63,759 bases of DNA, filler included, from Octopus bimaculoides (GCF_001194135.2; 7 parts of 7 records of this genome joined end to end with filler, not necessarily neighbours in it); one strand, 5' to 3'. Shown: positions 41,370-54,692, counted from the whole stretch's first letter. Numbers and translations: made by a program. Notes: generated by a model not told the origin, from the letters alone.

Positions 41370-43063
41370 ACGGAAGGGAAGAAAAAGGACAAATAATATA
41401 TTACGTATGTACATGATGATATAATGAAACGAGAGGGAGAAAGGGGAAAAAAATATGACAAGAACACCCAAATTGTAAACTTTGTGAATGTTTGAATCGG
41501 GTGCATGCGGTGGTGATTGATGGTAGGGAGTGGGGAGAGGGAGGGAGAAGGTTGTCAGGGTGATTATGAAAAAAAAAAAAAAAATAATGATGATGATGAA
41601 GTAATAAATAAAAGAAGAGAAATGAAAAATCGAAAGAAAGTTTGGAGAAGAGAGACATTTTTTGATAAGAGTAAGACAGAAGTTAGAGATGGTAAGACAG
41701 AAAGAGTGAAAGAAGGCAAGCTTGAAAAGAGGAAGAAAGAGAGAGAAACAGCTTTAAAGGAAGAATTAAACAGGAAAATGAGGGGGAAAAAAAGAAAGAA
41801 AAAAACAGGTGGAAAGCTTCAAAGGGAGTAAAGAAAAAGAAGAAAAAAAGGATAAGTTGTAAAAGAGAAATAGAGATGGATAGAGAAAGAGCTTGAAAGA
41901 AAGACGGAAAGAACTAAAGGAAAGGTAGAAAGTGAGAAGAAAATAATAGCCAAAAAAGTAAAGAGAGAGAGAGAGAGACAGACAGACAGAAACACAGAGA
42001 CAAAAAAAGAAGGAAAGAAAAAAATATGGAATGCTTGAAAGAGGGAAAGAAAAGGTAATAAGATAGAGATATAGAGAGAAAGTAAGAAAGATTTGAAATA
42101 CAAAGCAGAATCTGCTAGTGCAGAAAACAAAAAGAAACAAACCCCAAATCAGCTATTGATGTCAAAAATCTTACTGAGTTTTCAGGAAGTAAAGTTAAAG
42201 GATCTTGTTCAAAGAGAGAAAATATTGCTTGAACAGAAAAATGTTGCTGGAGTGAAGATCTCATTCATTTTCTTTCGTTCATTCACTCTTTCTTTCTTTC
42301 TTTCTTTCTTTCATTTTATTTTACTTTCCTCAGTTCTCTCTCTCTCTCTCTCTTTCTTGCTCTCACTTTCTCTCTTTATCTGTCTACTTTATTTGTTTTT
42401 TTTTTTTTTTATGATTTATGTTTTGTCAACGAACGGTGCAATAACTAAAAATATAGAGGGAAAAAAAATAGTAAAAAAAAACACAAAAAAAACAAGATCG
42501 GTGATGCTCTATAGAATGAAATGCATGAAACTGAGCTGCAAACANNNNNNNNNNNNNNNNNNNNNNNNNNNNNNNNNNNNNNNNNNNNNNNNNNNNNNNN
42601 NNNNNNNNNNNNNNNNNNNNNNNNNNNNNNNNNNNNNNNNNNNNNNNNNNNNNNNNNNNNNNNNNNNNNNNNNNNNNNNNNNNNNNNNNNNNNNNNNNNN
42701 NNNNNNNNNNNNNNNNNNNNNNNNNNNNNNNNNNNNNNNNNNNNNNNNNNNNNNNNNNNNNNNNNNNNNNNNNNNNNNNNNNNNNNNNNNNNNNNNNNNN
42801 NNNNNNNNNNNNNNNNNNNNNNNNNNNNNNNNNNNNNNNNNNNNNNNNNNNNNNNNNNNNNNNNNNNNNNNNNNNNNNNNNNNNNNNNNNNNNNNNNNNN
42901 NNNNNNNNNNNNNNNNNNNNNNNNNNNNNNNNNNNNNNNNNNNNNNNNNNNNNNNNNNNNNNNNNNNNNNNNNNNNNNNNNNNNNNNNNNNNNNNNNNNN
43001 NNNNNNNNNNNNNNNNNNNNNNNNNNNNNNNNNNNNNNNNNNNNNNNNNATATATATATATAC

Positions 43064-43095
<32 letters not shown>

Positions 43096-43166
43096 GGGTA
43101 TGTATGTAGTATTGATTCACACACATATACCTACAAATAATCCAAAAACTATATACAAACATTTAC

Positions 43167-43206
<40 letters not shown>

Positions 43207-43654
43207 GTATATGCACTTATATAAAACCATATGTATCTATATATAATGGATGAATGGTTCTTCTTCATTCAACAATCAGAATTCAGTTGTTCAATTAACC
43301 GAATTACCTGCCCCTGAATTAACATGCAAGTGGTTGAGTATTCCACAGACGCATATACTATTAACATAATTCTCTAGCAGAATCAATATGACACAGAGTG
43401 TGACAAGCTGTACCTTTTTAAATTACAGGTGCAGTCAACACAACAGGCTTCTATACTGTTTCCTTTTACCCAATCTCACAAGAGTATGGCTTGACTTGAG
43501 GTTATAGAAAGTTACATTTACTCAAGATGCCTCACCATGGGATCAAACCTGGGACTTTGTAGTAGTAAAGTAAACTTCTTAATCATCTGGTCACACTGTG
43601 CCTACACATACAGAGTTGAGACAATTTAAAAGAAATTTAAGAAAGACGCAGACA

Positions 43655-43802
43655 TGGCCGTGTGGTAAGAAGCTTGCTTCCCAACCACATGGTTCTGGGT
43701 TCAGTCCCACTGTGTGACACCTTTGCAAGTGACATTTATAGCCTCAGGCTGACCAAAGCCTTGTGAGTAGATTTGGTTGATGGAAACCAAAAGAAGCCTG
43801 TC

Positions 43803-43845
<43 letters not shown>

Positions 43846-44046
43846 AATATATATATTGTGCCAGTGGCACGTAAAAGCACTGACTACACTCACGGAGTGG
43901 TTGGCATTAGGAAGGGCATCCAGCTGTAGAAACTCTGCCAAATCAGATTGGAGCCTGGTGTAGACATCTGGTTCGCCAGTCCTCAGTCAAATCGTCCAAC
44001 CCATGCTAGCATGGAAAGCGGACGTTAAACGATGATCATGATGATG

Positions 44047-44080
<34 letters not shown>

Positions 44081-44295
44081 CTTTGTGTCAGTGTTTGTCC
44101 CTCTCATCACTGCTTGACAACTGGAGTTGGTGTGTTTACAGCCCCATAACTTAGCACTTCAGCAAAAGAGACTGATAGAATAAGTACTAGGCTAATAAAG
44201 AATAAGTCCTGGGATCGATTTTTATGACTAAAACCCTTTAAGGCAGTGCTTCAGCATGACCGTAGTCAAATGCCTGAAACAAGTAAAGGAATAAA
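43655..44295 (+). mobile_element. SINE family B interrupted by a family D retroposon (43856-44047)
   Basis: B head 43655-43800, (TA)n, D segment gttggcattaggaagggcatccagc...ggacgttaaacgatgat(gat)n, then B tail 44075-44295. Confidence 0.85.
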
Positions 44296-44579
44296 AGAAT
44301 GGCTTGTGGGCTAGAATCTTTCGCCCTCCATTCAAATGGATGCTTATGGCTAAGCAGCAATAGCAATTCATTCTATTATATACCCCATGTGGTTAAGCAG
44401 AGAGTATATTGGTGTCATGTAGTCAGTCAGTAATAGGATTCAGCAGTTACCATGTGGTAGGATAACCAGTTTGGTAGAGTCAGAGAAAAGAATCTCACTA
44501 GGAGTAAATAGGAATTATATACCAGGCAACTTTTCATAACTCATTTAGGTTTGGGTCTACTTGTTACTAAATATATACA

Positions 44580-44820
44580 TGTATCATTGACATCCTCATA
44601 ATGCCAACTTTTCCATGCTTTCATGGGTCAGAAGGATTTTATTGAGGCATATTTTCTATGGATGGATGCCCCTCCTGTCACCAAGCCTCACCTGATTCCA
44701 AGCAAGGTAATATTTCCCAATGGCTAAATATATTTTCCCACAGAAGACTGGAAACAAACAACATCACTTGCATGATGGTGACATCATTTACATCCATAAC
44801 ATGATGTCAAGACAAGAGTA
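44580..44820 (-). mobile_element. Family D retroposon, inverted relative to 43856-44047
   Basis: ttttccatgct...catgggt...ggatgccc.cctgtcacca is the reverse complement of the D tail. Confidence 0.65.
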
Positions 44821-45149
44821 CACAAACACATGCACATATACAAATACATATAAACATGACAGGCTTCTTTCAGTTTCCATTTATCAAGCCCATTCATAAG
44901 GGCTTGGTTAGTCCAGGGCTAGAGTAGAAGACACTTGATATAAAACCATTTGATTCAGTGACACAAATTGGCTGTTTTGAGGTTAAACTCATAATTCTAC
45001 ATAAATAATATACTCATATATATATATATATATAAGCATATTTACACGTGTGTGTGTATGCATACATATACATATCATATCAGATCATTAAGAATAAAAT
45101 GTCCAATTTTGAACTGAAAGTTTATTTTACTTTATCTCAACAAAAAGCA

Positions 45150-45593
45150 ATGAAGTTAATCAAAGTATGCACCTAAATCATCAACACAATTTCCACTACA
45201 GTTTCCAGCTTGTCATTATCCACCTTGGTTTCAGGTCTACCATGGGGCTGATTTTCAAGAGTAAAGTCACCAAAATGGAAATTCTCAAATCATTGACATA
45301 CAGTGCGCTCATTCACATCTTCACCAAACGCCTCATTGATGTCTTGAGCTACCTGGGATGCATTGGTTCCACAACGGAACTCGTATTCATAAACAACACA
45401 AATTTTTTTATCTATCCATGGGTTCACAAAAATTGATTTACAAGAGAAAACCCACAATATAATCAGACACCACGAATTGCATTTCAAAAAATGATGATGT
45501 AACTCTTCAATGTTGTAAAACAAAGAATTGTCAGGATAAAACATTACAGTTAACGACTGTCAAACTTGGTGCATATCATTTTTAATGACCTGA
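45150..45593 (-). mobile_element. Mariner transposon 5' fragment (HTH region)
   Basis: YEFRCGTNASQVAQDINEAFGEDVNERTVCQ*FENFHFGDFTLENQPHGRP matches the mariner N-terminal HTH; TIR-like TATCAGGTCAT at the right end. Confidence 0.7.
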
Positions 45594-45600
45594 TATATGT

Positions 45601-45700
45601 NNNNNNNNNNNNNNNNNNNNNNNNNNNNNNNNNNNNNNNNNNNNTTAATTAATTAANNNNNNNNNNNNNNNNNNNNNNNNNNNNNNNNNNNNNNNNNNNN
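45601..45700. other. Assembly join: 44 N + TTAATTAATTAA + 44 N (linkers also at 15617, 30657, 35962, 41251, 61779)
   Basis: Identical 12-mer with stops in all six frames, centred in 100-nt gaps. Confidence 0.9.
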
Positions 45701-46234
45701 GAAAGGAAACGTATTGAACAAGAGACAAAGAGAAAAGGAAAAGGATATATGTTTTAAGTAGGTGGCTAGAACAGATGCTTACTTTGGTTCAGCCAACTCA
45801 GCAGGGGGTCTGAAAGAAAAAATGTTTTCAAAGTGAAAAATTGTGTTTTTTTCTTAATGTCAAAGGAAAAGAGAAGGAAGGAAAGGAAGGAAGAAAGAAA
45901 GAAGAAAAAATGTGTTTATATCTATACAGTTGGTCAGTTCTTTCAATAGAAGATGACAAGTTGATACTTGGTCTTTGAAAATGGTAAGACTAGGTGGTTA
46001 CGCTAATAGTGGGGGTCTGTATTGATGAGGAATAATGAAAGTCATTTTTCAAAAAATTGTCTGGACTTATCATCATCATAATCATCATCATCATTGTCCA
46101 ATGCTTGATTCTCATGCTGGTATGGGTTGGAAAATCTGGATGCAAGAATGTTTCTATTTATGTATATACATACACACACACATAAGCATATCTCTTAGGG
46201 TTCCAGATGGATTTATAAGGAAGTTGATGTGATT

Positions 46235-46802
46235 TTCATATTTTCCGTCATTCAGTTTGGGGGAGAATTTTTGCTATGAAATGTTGTTCCATATTTTTTT
46301 CTGAAGAAGGTGTCATTCCTTGGGCATTTATAGAAGGGAAAGATCTTGAATCTTCCTTCTCCACATGTTTCTAAGTGTTTACTTAGTGGAATTTTTTGTA
46401 GCTCTCCCTGTCGGATATGTTGTCGGTGAATTCTGACTCGTTGGCATAAAGAATTGCCAGTTTCACCTATATAGTTCTCGCATGTGGGACAGGTTATGCA
46501 ATATATTCAGTTTTGTGTCTTGCAATTCATGTTTGCATTTGCTTTGAATGTGTGTCCACTCTTAAATTTTATTTGGCTGCTTTCCTCTATATATTTCTAG
46601 ATGGCGTTACTGTAGATCTCACATCTACTATCTCCACATTCTTTCACAAAGAATTCGGTTTCATTCTCTGATGAGAATTTTGCGCTTGTCAGTTGTTTTT
46701 TTTCAGGTTTTTCTCTAGGCGTTTACTGTTTCTTATGCAATATTTGTTTAACAGGTTTCCCATTTTGGGGCTTTGTAGGACTATTGATAAGTCCATCCCA
46801 CC
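46235..46802 (-). mobile_element. Penelope-like element GIY-YIG endonuclease remnant
   Basis: ...NMNCKTQN*IYCITCPTCENYIGETGNSLCQRVRIHRQHIRQ...LSKHLETC...MEQHFIAKILPKLN is a GIY-YIG signature with CxxC; it runs into a gap. Confidence 0.85.
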
Positions 46803-47480
46803 NNNNNNNNNNNNNNNNNNNNNNNNNNNNNNNNNNNNNNNNNNNNNNNNNNNNNNNNNNNNNNNNNNNNNNNNNNNNNNNNNNNNNNNNNNNNNNNNNN
46901 NNNNNNNNNNNNNNNNNNNNNNNNNNNNNNNNNNNNNNNNNNNNNNNNNNNNNNNNNNNNNNNNNNNNNNNNNNNNNNNNNNNNNNNNNNNNNNNNNNNN
47001 NNNNNNNNNNNNNNNNNNNNNNNNNNNNNNNNNNNNNNNNNNNNNNNNNNNNNNNNNNNNNNNNNNNNNNNNNNNNNNNNNNNNNNNNNNNNNNNNNNNN
47101 NNNNNNNNNNNNNNNNNNNNNNNNNNNNNNNNNNNNNNNNNNNNNNNNNNNNNNNNNNNNNNNNNNNNNNNNNNNNNNNNNNNNNNNNNNNNNNNNNNNN
47201 NNNNNNNNNNNNNNNNNNNNNNNNNNNNNNNNNNNNNNNNNNNNNNNNNNNNNNNNNNNNNNNNNNNNNNNNNNNNNNNNNNNNNNNNNNNNNNNNNNNN
47301 NNNNNNNNNNNNNNNNNNNNNNNNNNNNNNNNNNNNNNNNNNNNNNNNNNNNNNNNNNNNNNNNNNNNNNNNNNNNNNNNNNNNNNNNNNNNNNNNNNNN
47401 NNNNNNNNNNNNNNNNNNNNNNNNNNNNNNNNNNNNNNNNNNNNNNNNNNNNNNNNNNNNNNNNNNNNNNNNNNNNNNNC

Positions 47481-47538
47481 AAAGCTTTGGAAACTGAAAG
47501 AAGCTTGTCGTATATATATATGTGTGTGTGTGTGTGTA

Positions 47539-47574
<36 letters not shown>

Positions 47575-47797
47575 TGTGTGTTTGTGTGTGTATGTTTGTG
47601 CGTCTGTGTTTGTCCCCCCCCCGCCATCGCTAGCCAACCGATGTTGGCGTGTTTATGTCCCTGTAGCATAGGGGTTCGGCAAAGATACCGATAAAATAAG
47701 TACTAGGCTTACAAAGAATAAGTCCTGGGGTCGATTCGTTCGACTTAAGTTAGTGCACCAGCATGGCTGCAGTCAAATGACTGAAACAAGTAAAAGA
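47481..47797 (+). mobile_element. SINE family B (head lost in gap)
   Basis: ggaaactgaaagaagc...tttgtcccc...aataagtactaggcttacaaagaataagtcctggggtcga...ctgaaacaagtaaaaga. Confidence 0.85.
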
Positions 47798-47936
47798 ATA
47801 AAAGAATATCTCGATCCATCTGTCTGTCTGTTTGCCAGTCTATCTGTGTATCTATCTTTCTGCCTGTCTATCTGTCAGTCTGTCTGCCTCCCCTCTCTCT
47901 CTCCCTCTCTCTCTCCCTCTCTCTGTCTCTCTCCCT

Positions 47937-47970
<34 letters not shown>

Positions 47971-48087
47971 CTATCTATCCTCCAATCCCGCTTTATCTTT
48001 TTTTTTCGTGTCTTAGCTCGTTTCCTTTATACACTATTCCCTAACATCTCCCCACACGCACACGCACACACAGACGCACACACACAC

Positions 48088-48122
<35 letters not shown>

Positions 48123-48410
48123 TTGCTCCTATACATACACACACAGACATATGTACATAATATGTATCTATCGATATTGCCATCGACGTATTTCTTTCTC
48201 TGTAAACATTCCACATTGTAACGGTATACAAATGTACAAAAGAGGCATTCAAGTCAAACCCATAACGCTTAGTTATATCGGAACAAACCTGGAACATTAC
48301 ATCAAGCAATTTACCGACATTGCCACTCATAAAATGCAAACAGAAGTTAAGTCAAATATTATTCTTTAAAATAAAAATCTAGGCTATTTTCCCATTTGGT
48401 GAAGAAAACA

Positions 48411-48468
48411 GTCGTCGTCGTCGTCGTCGTCGTCGTCACCGTCGTCGTCGTCGTCACCGTCGTCGTTG
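48411..48468. repeat. (GTC)n trinucleotide microsatellite
   Basis: Direct inspection. Confidence 0.9.
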
Positions 48469-49159
48469 ATGTCGTAAACAAAAAGTAAGTGGAAAGGTAG
48501 TACAGTGACAAAATTCCAATCACACCAATATGTAGGTGTGTGTTTCTGTGACTGTACATGTCACCCTCGTTGATGAAGGTAAACGAATGGGTGGTTGCTA
48601 TTCTTTTTCTAATGTGTCCCGAAAGTAGAACACATTTAACTCAAGTTAACACAAGTCTGCAAACTGATACTTTTTGAAAATTGTTTTGATAGCTGTACGT
48701 TACTTTATATATGTTTGTGGTGTTCATTTGAAATATCAGAAAAGCTCTTTCTCATTATCTAAGTTTTACCGCATTTTAATGATAAAATATTCCATAATTT
48801 GTACGTAAATCCATATACTGTAGGACAAATTGTAACAAGTAAAGATGAATTTGATACACTATTCAGTAAAATAAATTGGCGCAAATGCAGTTGAGAGATG
48901 AGAAAATAGATTTTTTTTGGTCCAGCACCTCCAAATTTCTTCTTTTTCATTTGGAAACTACGCCTCGAACTCTTTCACTCATAAGCATTTGATCGACATT
49001 CGCGATGCAGCATCCAACAATAGTCAGTTATCATATTGACATCTTATCTTTCTTAATATCTTCTTTCCATATCCTTTATGTCTTGATGAAACCTTTCCCC
49101 CTGCCCCTCACTCACATTTTCCGAAAATAAATCCAAATAGGCAAGTAAGAAATGAACTT

Positions 49160-49387
49160 CAGCTAAAGGCGGTGAGCTGGCAGAAACGTTAGTAGGCCGG
49201 GCGAAATGCTTAGTGGTATTTCTTCTGCCGCTACGTTCAAATTCCGCCGAGGTCGACTTTCCCTTTCATCCTTTCGGGGTCGATAAATTAAGTACCAGTT
49301 ACGCACTGAGGTCGTTATTATCGACTTAATCCCTGTCTGTCCTTGTTTGTCCCTTCTATGTTTAGCCCCTTGTGGGCAATAAAGAAA
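49160..49387 (+). mobile_element. SINE family A (alternative 3' tail) inserted into the Chapaev transposase, 14-bp TSD
   Basis: TSD TAAGAAATGAACTT at 49146-49159 and 49388-49401; transposase frame continues on both sides. Confidence 0.9.
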
Positions 49388-51220
49388 TAAGAAATGAACT
49401 TTAATGCTAATTTTACATCCTAAAGCTTCGAACTTTACCAGCATTCTTCCCATTATGTGTTTTCAGTTTGAATCCTTGTGATTACACAAGAAGTTTTTTT
49501 ATCACATCTCTAAGACTAATCTATGCATCTTTCTCAAAATCACTAAGTGAGTTTTTAAAACTTTCATCCTTGGAGAGCTTCCTTATATCTGGTCCTACAA
49601 ATAAACTTTCTTCAACCTTGACGTCTGATAGAGCAGGAAACTTGCTACGCAAATACTTAAAGCCTTCTCCATCCTGTGGCCAAACTTTTGCGAATTTTTT
49701 CATGACGCCAAGTTCTATATGCAGAGGAGACAAAAAAACCTTCTTCGGATCAATCAGTTCCTCGAAGGATACTCTTTATTCCTGGTGTAAGCGTGTCCTA
49801 CTTGGCCATTCTGTTTTAGACCAATGGAGGTTGTTGGCTCTACTATTCCATTCACACAAGAAAAACAAGGAAACTTTGTATAGCCTATAAATGTTATCCA
49901 AGCAACATAAAGATTATTTTCAAGTTGTCGCAAATCATCCAGGTGTGATCTTTGAATTTAATCTCGTGTAAGAATGACACCAAATTTTCACATGTTATTT
50001 TCATGATCGCTGGAAGCATATTTATTACCATTATGCAGTAGAACAATTCTAAGACGTTCCTTTGAAGAGTCAATAGCTTGCATTCACCAGGGCTGTGACT
50101 TATGCCAAACTTTCCTATTAGTCCCGTTGTATTTGTACAATAAAGCAATTTTCTTGAGCAAAATAAGGAACAAATTCTTTTTCGCTGTTATGATACCATT
50201 ACAATGATATGCGATGAGCTAAAAGGTTCTCGAATTTAAGTCTAGAACCTAAAAGCTCTGCTGACTCCTTTGCGTGTCCTAAGTCCCTTACTAGGTCATT
50301 TAATTTGCACTGGTTGAATAGTTGGCGTTCTTCACCTCCTCTGTTATCGAAGTCTATCATCGTCATTGCTATTAATGCTTCTTGACTCCGACCTCGAGTA
50401 TATGCCTTGAATGAAAGTTTCCTGTTGGTGAAGGCACTGGAACATCTGGTCCATGGGCAAAGTTCGCAATGCCGAGGGAAGATTTGGATAAACAATGTTT
50501 TTCACACTCTTCAAATTGTTTTCTCTGCACCTTACATGAGCAAAAGTTGCAGTCATCACTATGATTTTTAGGCTCTCTCCATATCATTGGAACCTCAAAC
50601 TGAAAAGACTTCTTTGTACATTTTGTCCATTCTTTGTACATTTAGTCCTTCTACAGAAACTGAGCAGGCATTAACAGGAGCCCACTTCTTATCTTAGTCT
50701 CTTATTTTCACACCAAAGTAGGCTTAGTAAGGTTTTTTTAATATAATCCGTAATGTTTCTCTGACAATCTTTGCCCTAAACTCGCCACAAATGTAGCAGA
50801 AGTTACTTGGGCTTGCTTCACATCTGGAAGAGAGCCTTCTAGAAGATGTGGAGGTCTATAAGGAAAGGAGAAAGGGGACATTTTTAGCAGCAAATATTTG
50901 ATTTACCATCTAAATATATACATAATATCATAAAAGAAGCTTTGAAATGTAACAAATGATACATTAAAACAATGTATAGAGCATATATACTTTAAGAAAA
51001 GGCCTGAGGAAATAACTGAGAAAATAAAAGATACGTTTTAACCTAAGCAACATGACCTTGTAAAGCGCATTTTCTCTTTTTGCTGCTCGCGGCTGACTGA
51101 AGCTACAGTAATGCAGGCACTGCTCTGTGTAGCTGAAGTGGTCTAAACGTTGCAAGGTGCTTATTTACCAAAATTACGTCTATTAGTTATACTCTCATAG
51201 TCTATTTAAATATGGCAATT

Positions 51221-51610
51221 CTTCTTCTTCTTGGCACTCCGTCGGTTACGACGACGAGGGTTCCTGTTGATCCGATCAACGGAACAGCTTGCTCGTGAAA
51301 TTAACGTGCAAGTGGCTGAGCACTCCACAGACACGTGAACCCTTAACGTAGTTCTCGGGGATATTCAGCGTGACACAGTGTGACCATGCTGACCCTTTGA
51401 ATTATAGGCACAACAGAAACAGGAAGTAAGAGTGAGGGAAAGTCATGGTGAAAGAGTACAGCAGGGTTCGCCACCATCCCCTACCGGAGCCTCGTGGAGC
51501 TTTAGGTGTTTTCGCTCAATAAACACTCACAACGCCCGGTCTGGGAATCGAAACCGCAATCCTACGACCGCGAGTCCACTGCCCTAACCACTGGGCCTTT
51601 GCGCATCCAC
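51221..51610 (-). mobile_element. SINE family G with (AAG)n tail and 13-bp TSD, inside the Chapaev 5' region
   Basis: TSD AAATATGG(C/T)AATT at 51208-51220 and 51611-51623; A and B boxes intact. Confidence 0.9.
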
Positions 51611-51874
51611 AAATATGGTAATTAATGGTAATAATAAAAGGCAATAGTCAAATTCGGGCATAATGGTAAAATGCAGTAATCGATTTTGTCATGAAACTAC
51701 ATGATGGAACAATTTGTTTTTGTAATTTTTGAAATCAGTAGGTAAAAATTAATCAATTTCACTCAGTAAAAGTCAAACAATTTTTTAGTTGCAGAACTGT
51801 GATATTGATCTCAGTATTCTTAGAATCAATAGTCATTTCTCGATCTATTTTCAACATATCTTTTATCGTTTAAC

Positions 51875-52260
51875 GTTTACTTATTTCAGTTATTAAATTG
51901 CGGCCATGCTGGTGCACCGTCTTCAAGGGTTTTAATTCAACAGATCGATACCAGTGCTCTCTTACGTTTTAAAGTTTAGTACTTATTTATTCGTGTCTTT
52001 TGCTGAACCGTTAAGTAAAGAATTTAACAATGGTTATCAGACGAGAAGGGAGGGGCAAACACTAACACCAAGGCACACACAGATATACGTATATGTACAC
52101 AACAAGCTTCCACACAGTTTCCATCTACCAAATTCACTCACAAGGCAATGGTTAGCCGCTGAGCTATAGTAGAAGACAAGGTTCCTCACAGTGGGACTAA
52201 ACCCGACGTTACATGGCTGCAAAGCTAGTCTTCTGACAGCACAGATATACCTGCTCCTAT
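51875..52260 (-). mobile_element. SINE family B, diverged
   Basis: tacttatttcag...gcggccatgctgg...agtacttat...gggactaaaccc. Confidence 0.75.
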
Positions 52261-52286
52261 ATATGTAAGTTTTAGCATATCATTGT

Positions 52287-52324
<38 letters not shown>

Positions 52325-52349
52325 CACACGCACAAACACACATACACAC

Positions 52350-52397
<48 letters not shown>

Positions 52398-52561
52398 AGC
52401 GTGCAAGAAATAACAGCTAAATCTTTCCTTTTCTGGAGAAAGGAGCCGTTTACGCGTGATTTCGATGTCACATTCGTTGAAAGCATGCGAAATAACCTGG
52501 AAAAGAGAGAAAAAAAAAACACGAAACAAAACTCCATTGCTCGGAAACTCAGACTTTCCCG

Positions 52562-52589
52562 GTGACCCGACGGGTCACGAGTAGTCTAG
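52562..52589 (+). mobile_element. Helitron 3' terminus (hairpin + CTAG)
   Basis: Perfect GTGACCCG-A-CGGGTCAC palindrome (52562-52578), 7-nt spacer, then CTAG followed by T. Confidence 0.65.
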
Positions 52590-52820
52590 TATATAATAAA
52601 ATGCAATGTTTTTCATATCAGCTATTTTGGCAGGGGGAAACTAAAGCAACAAACAGATTGGGAATGAGTGACAGTTAGAGATACTCAATGCAGGTGAACT
52701 ATAGCGAGAGGTTTTTCTCGGAAGTCGAGAAGATTTTTATCATATCATTGTATAACACACACGCATACACACACACACACACACATACACACACACACAC
52801 ACGCACGCACGCGCACATAC

Positions 52821-52858
<38 letters not shown>

Positions 52859-54010
52859 CTATATAGTTCAAATTTACAGAAAACAAAAGCCGAACACAGG
52901 TGAATGAACAACAAGCAAGATGTATTAGTTTGACGCTCAGAAAGAATGGAAAAGTCTTTGACGTTTCGAGCTTACGCTCTTCGACGGAAAGTGTTGAGAG
53001 GAAATGTGTGTGTGTATATAAAGCACTCGAAATATCAATATTAAATGGAAAAATGTTTTGCTTAAAAAAGTGCAAGAAAAACTGTTTTGCTTCGCTCACC
53101 GTTTCAGTAATTCGTATATATTATACATATCTATCTAAGTATGTATAAGTGTGTGTTTGTGTGAGTGTGTTGGTGTGTTGGTGTGTATTTGTATGCGTGT
53201 TTATGTTTATCCCATTTTAAAACCCTAGTGTTTTCTTGTGCCTCTTCAGATGGAGAAAATTAGTGGTTCAACAATTAAAATTCAATAAAATAAGTACATA
53301 CTGAAGTTAGTAATGGGTTCCATGTGATGAACTAAACGCCTTGTTGGCGATCTCTTAATCCCTGCATGATTACAGCCTAATTACTGAAAGCAGTAAAGAG
53401 ACTATTTGTCGTAGAAACCGCGCAGGGAGTTTGAAAATTAAACAATGTGATTTATATGAGAATTTCTTAACGACGCTGCTATACCAGCATCATAATAATC
53501 GACCCCCTCCAATCAACGCATACACATATATAAACAATCCTAGGCAGTATGTATGCCTACACGCATGTACTCACGCGCACGCTCACGCATATTCTTACAA
53601 CTTTGGTATCTTAGCAACCCGGACCTTGCCTAACAACTGGAGAAATTGAAAAAGAAAAGCATTCAGAGTCAAAACCTTAAATACAAACAACGCCTCTGTG
53701 CATTACACTGCCTTCTTTTGGAAGCCTAAATGGAACGAAATGGTATCATATATATATGTGGAATATTCACGGATATCTTTTCCAAACACTGACATACAAA
53801 AGAGAATGAGAACAAGAGGAAGTGCCTGTACTGTCAAATCCCAACAAAACCTTGATCGAAATTTCGCAGCAATTAACTCTACAGTAAAAGTTTGACATTT
53901 AAAAGTTACACGCAGTTGCACAATTGATTCCCAAAAGCTTATGAAGCTTGACCAGAATTTAAACATAAATCTTTTAAAAGGTGTCAAACTGCATTATTGT
54001 GTAGCACAGA

Positions 54011-54197
54011 AAGGCGGCGAGCTGGTGGAATTGTTAGCACATCGGGCAAAATGCTTTTATGTTCTGAATTAAAATTCCGAGGTTGTAGAATTTGCCTTTC
54101 ACCCTTTTGGGCTCGATAAAATAAGCATTGGGGGTCTGTGTAGTCGACTTACCCCTTCCCCAAAATTACTGGCTTTGTGTCAAAATCTGAAACCCTA
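54011..54197 (+). mobile_element. SINE family A
   Basis: aaggcggcgagctggtggaattgttagc...ttgcctttcacccttttgggctcgataaa. Confidence 0.8.
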
Positions 54198-54692
54198 TTG
54201 TGTTCCTCATAAAGTTGGGTAGCCTCCTGGCTGAGAGAGACTGAAGGTTGGGAAGAAGGAGGAAAATTATTGCAGTGTTAAATAAAGTTAAAAGGGTCTT
54301 CAATATTTTAGCGAAGGAAAAATTAATTATATAGGTGCCTAGTTTTTATTCTCCTCAACAATAAAGGGAGGATGAGGTGCCAAAATTACTGATATATTTT
54401 GAAAGCGGAGAGACTGCTATTTCTCAGTTTGTGAAAGACTGGCCAAACATTCTAGAACAACCAAAGCAGAGCTTCGTCGTCGTCCTCTATCAATTTGTTG
54501 AGTAATCAACTAGAGATGCCACGTGTACAACAAAAACATTAGGGTCCCTTACAACACTAAGAATGACGAGACAAACGCATAGAAATTGGTCTCTGTCATG
54601 GACAAACACACACCCACACATGTTCTTTTACCCGTTTACATTTTTCAATCATATTACAGTTAATGGAGAGCAATAGACAACATATTTTTCAC

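Larger units (their letters stand above)
48650..51801 (-). mobile_element. Decayed CMC-Chapaev3-like DNA transposon, near full length, with two SINE insertions
   Basis: Disrupted transposase over about 50840-48960: SRCEASPSNFCYICGEF...VPMIWREPKNHSDDCNFC; SPLHIELGVMKKFAK...FVGPDIRKL; LGCKISIKVHFL...GQGERFHQDIKDMERRY...DYCWML. Candidate imperfect TIRs CACAAGTCTGCAA (48650) and, reverse-complemented, CACAGTTCTGCAA (51801). Family name is from recalled motifs. Confidence 0.75.

Noticed and set aside
48400-48480. Poly-Arg (protamine-like) or poly-Thr reading of (GTC)n
   Set aside because: Simple trinucleotide microsatellite without a credible start or exon context.
48780-48960. Plus-strand exon-like stretch DKIFHNLYVNPYTVGQ...
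   Set aside because: Falls inside the Chapaev element's 3' region.
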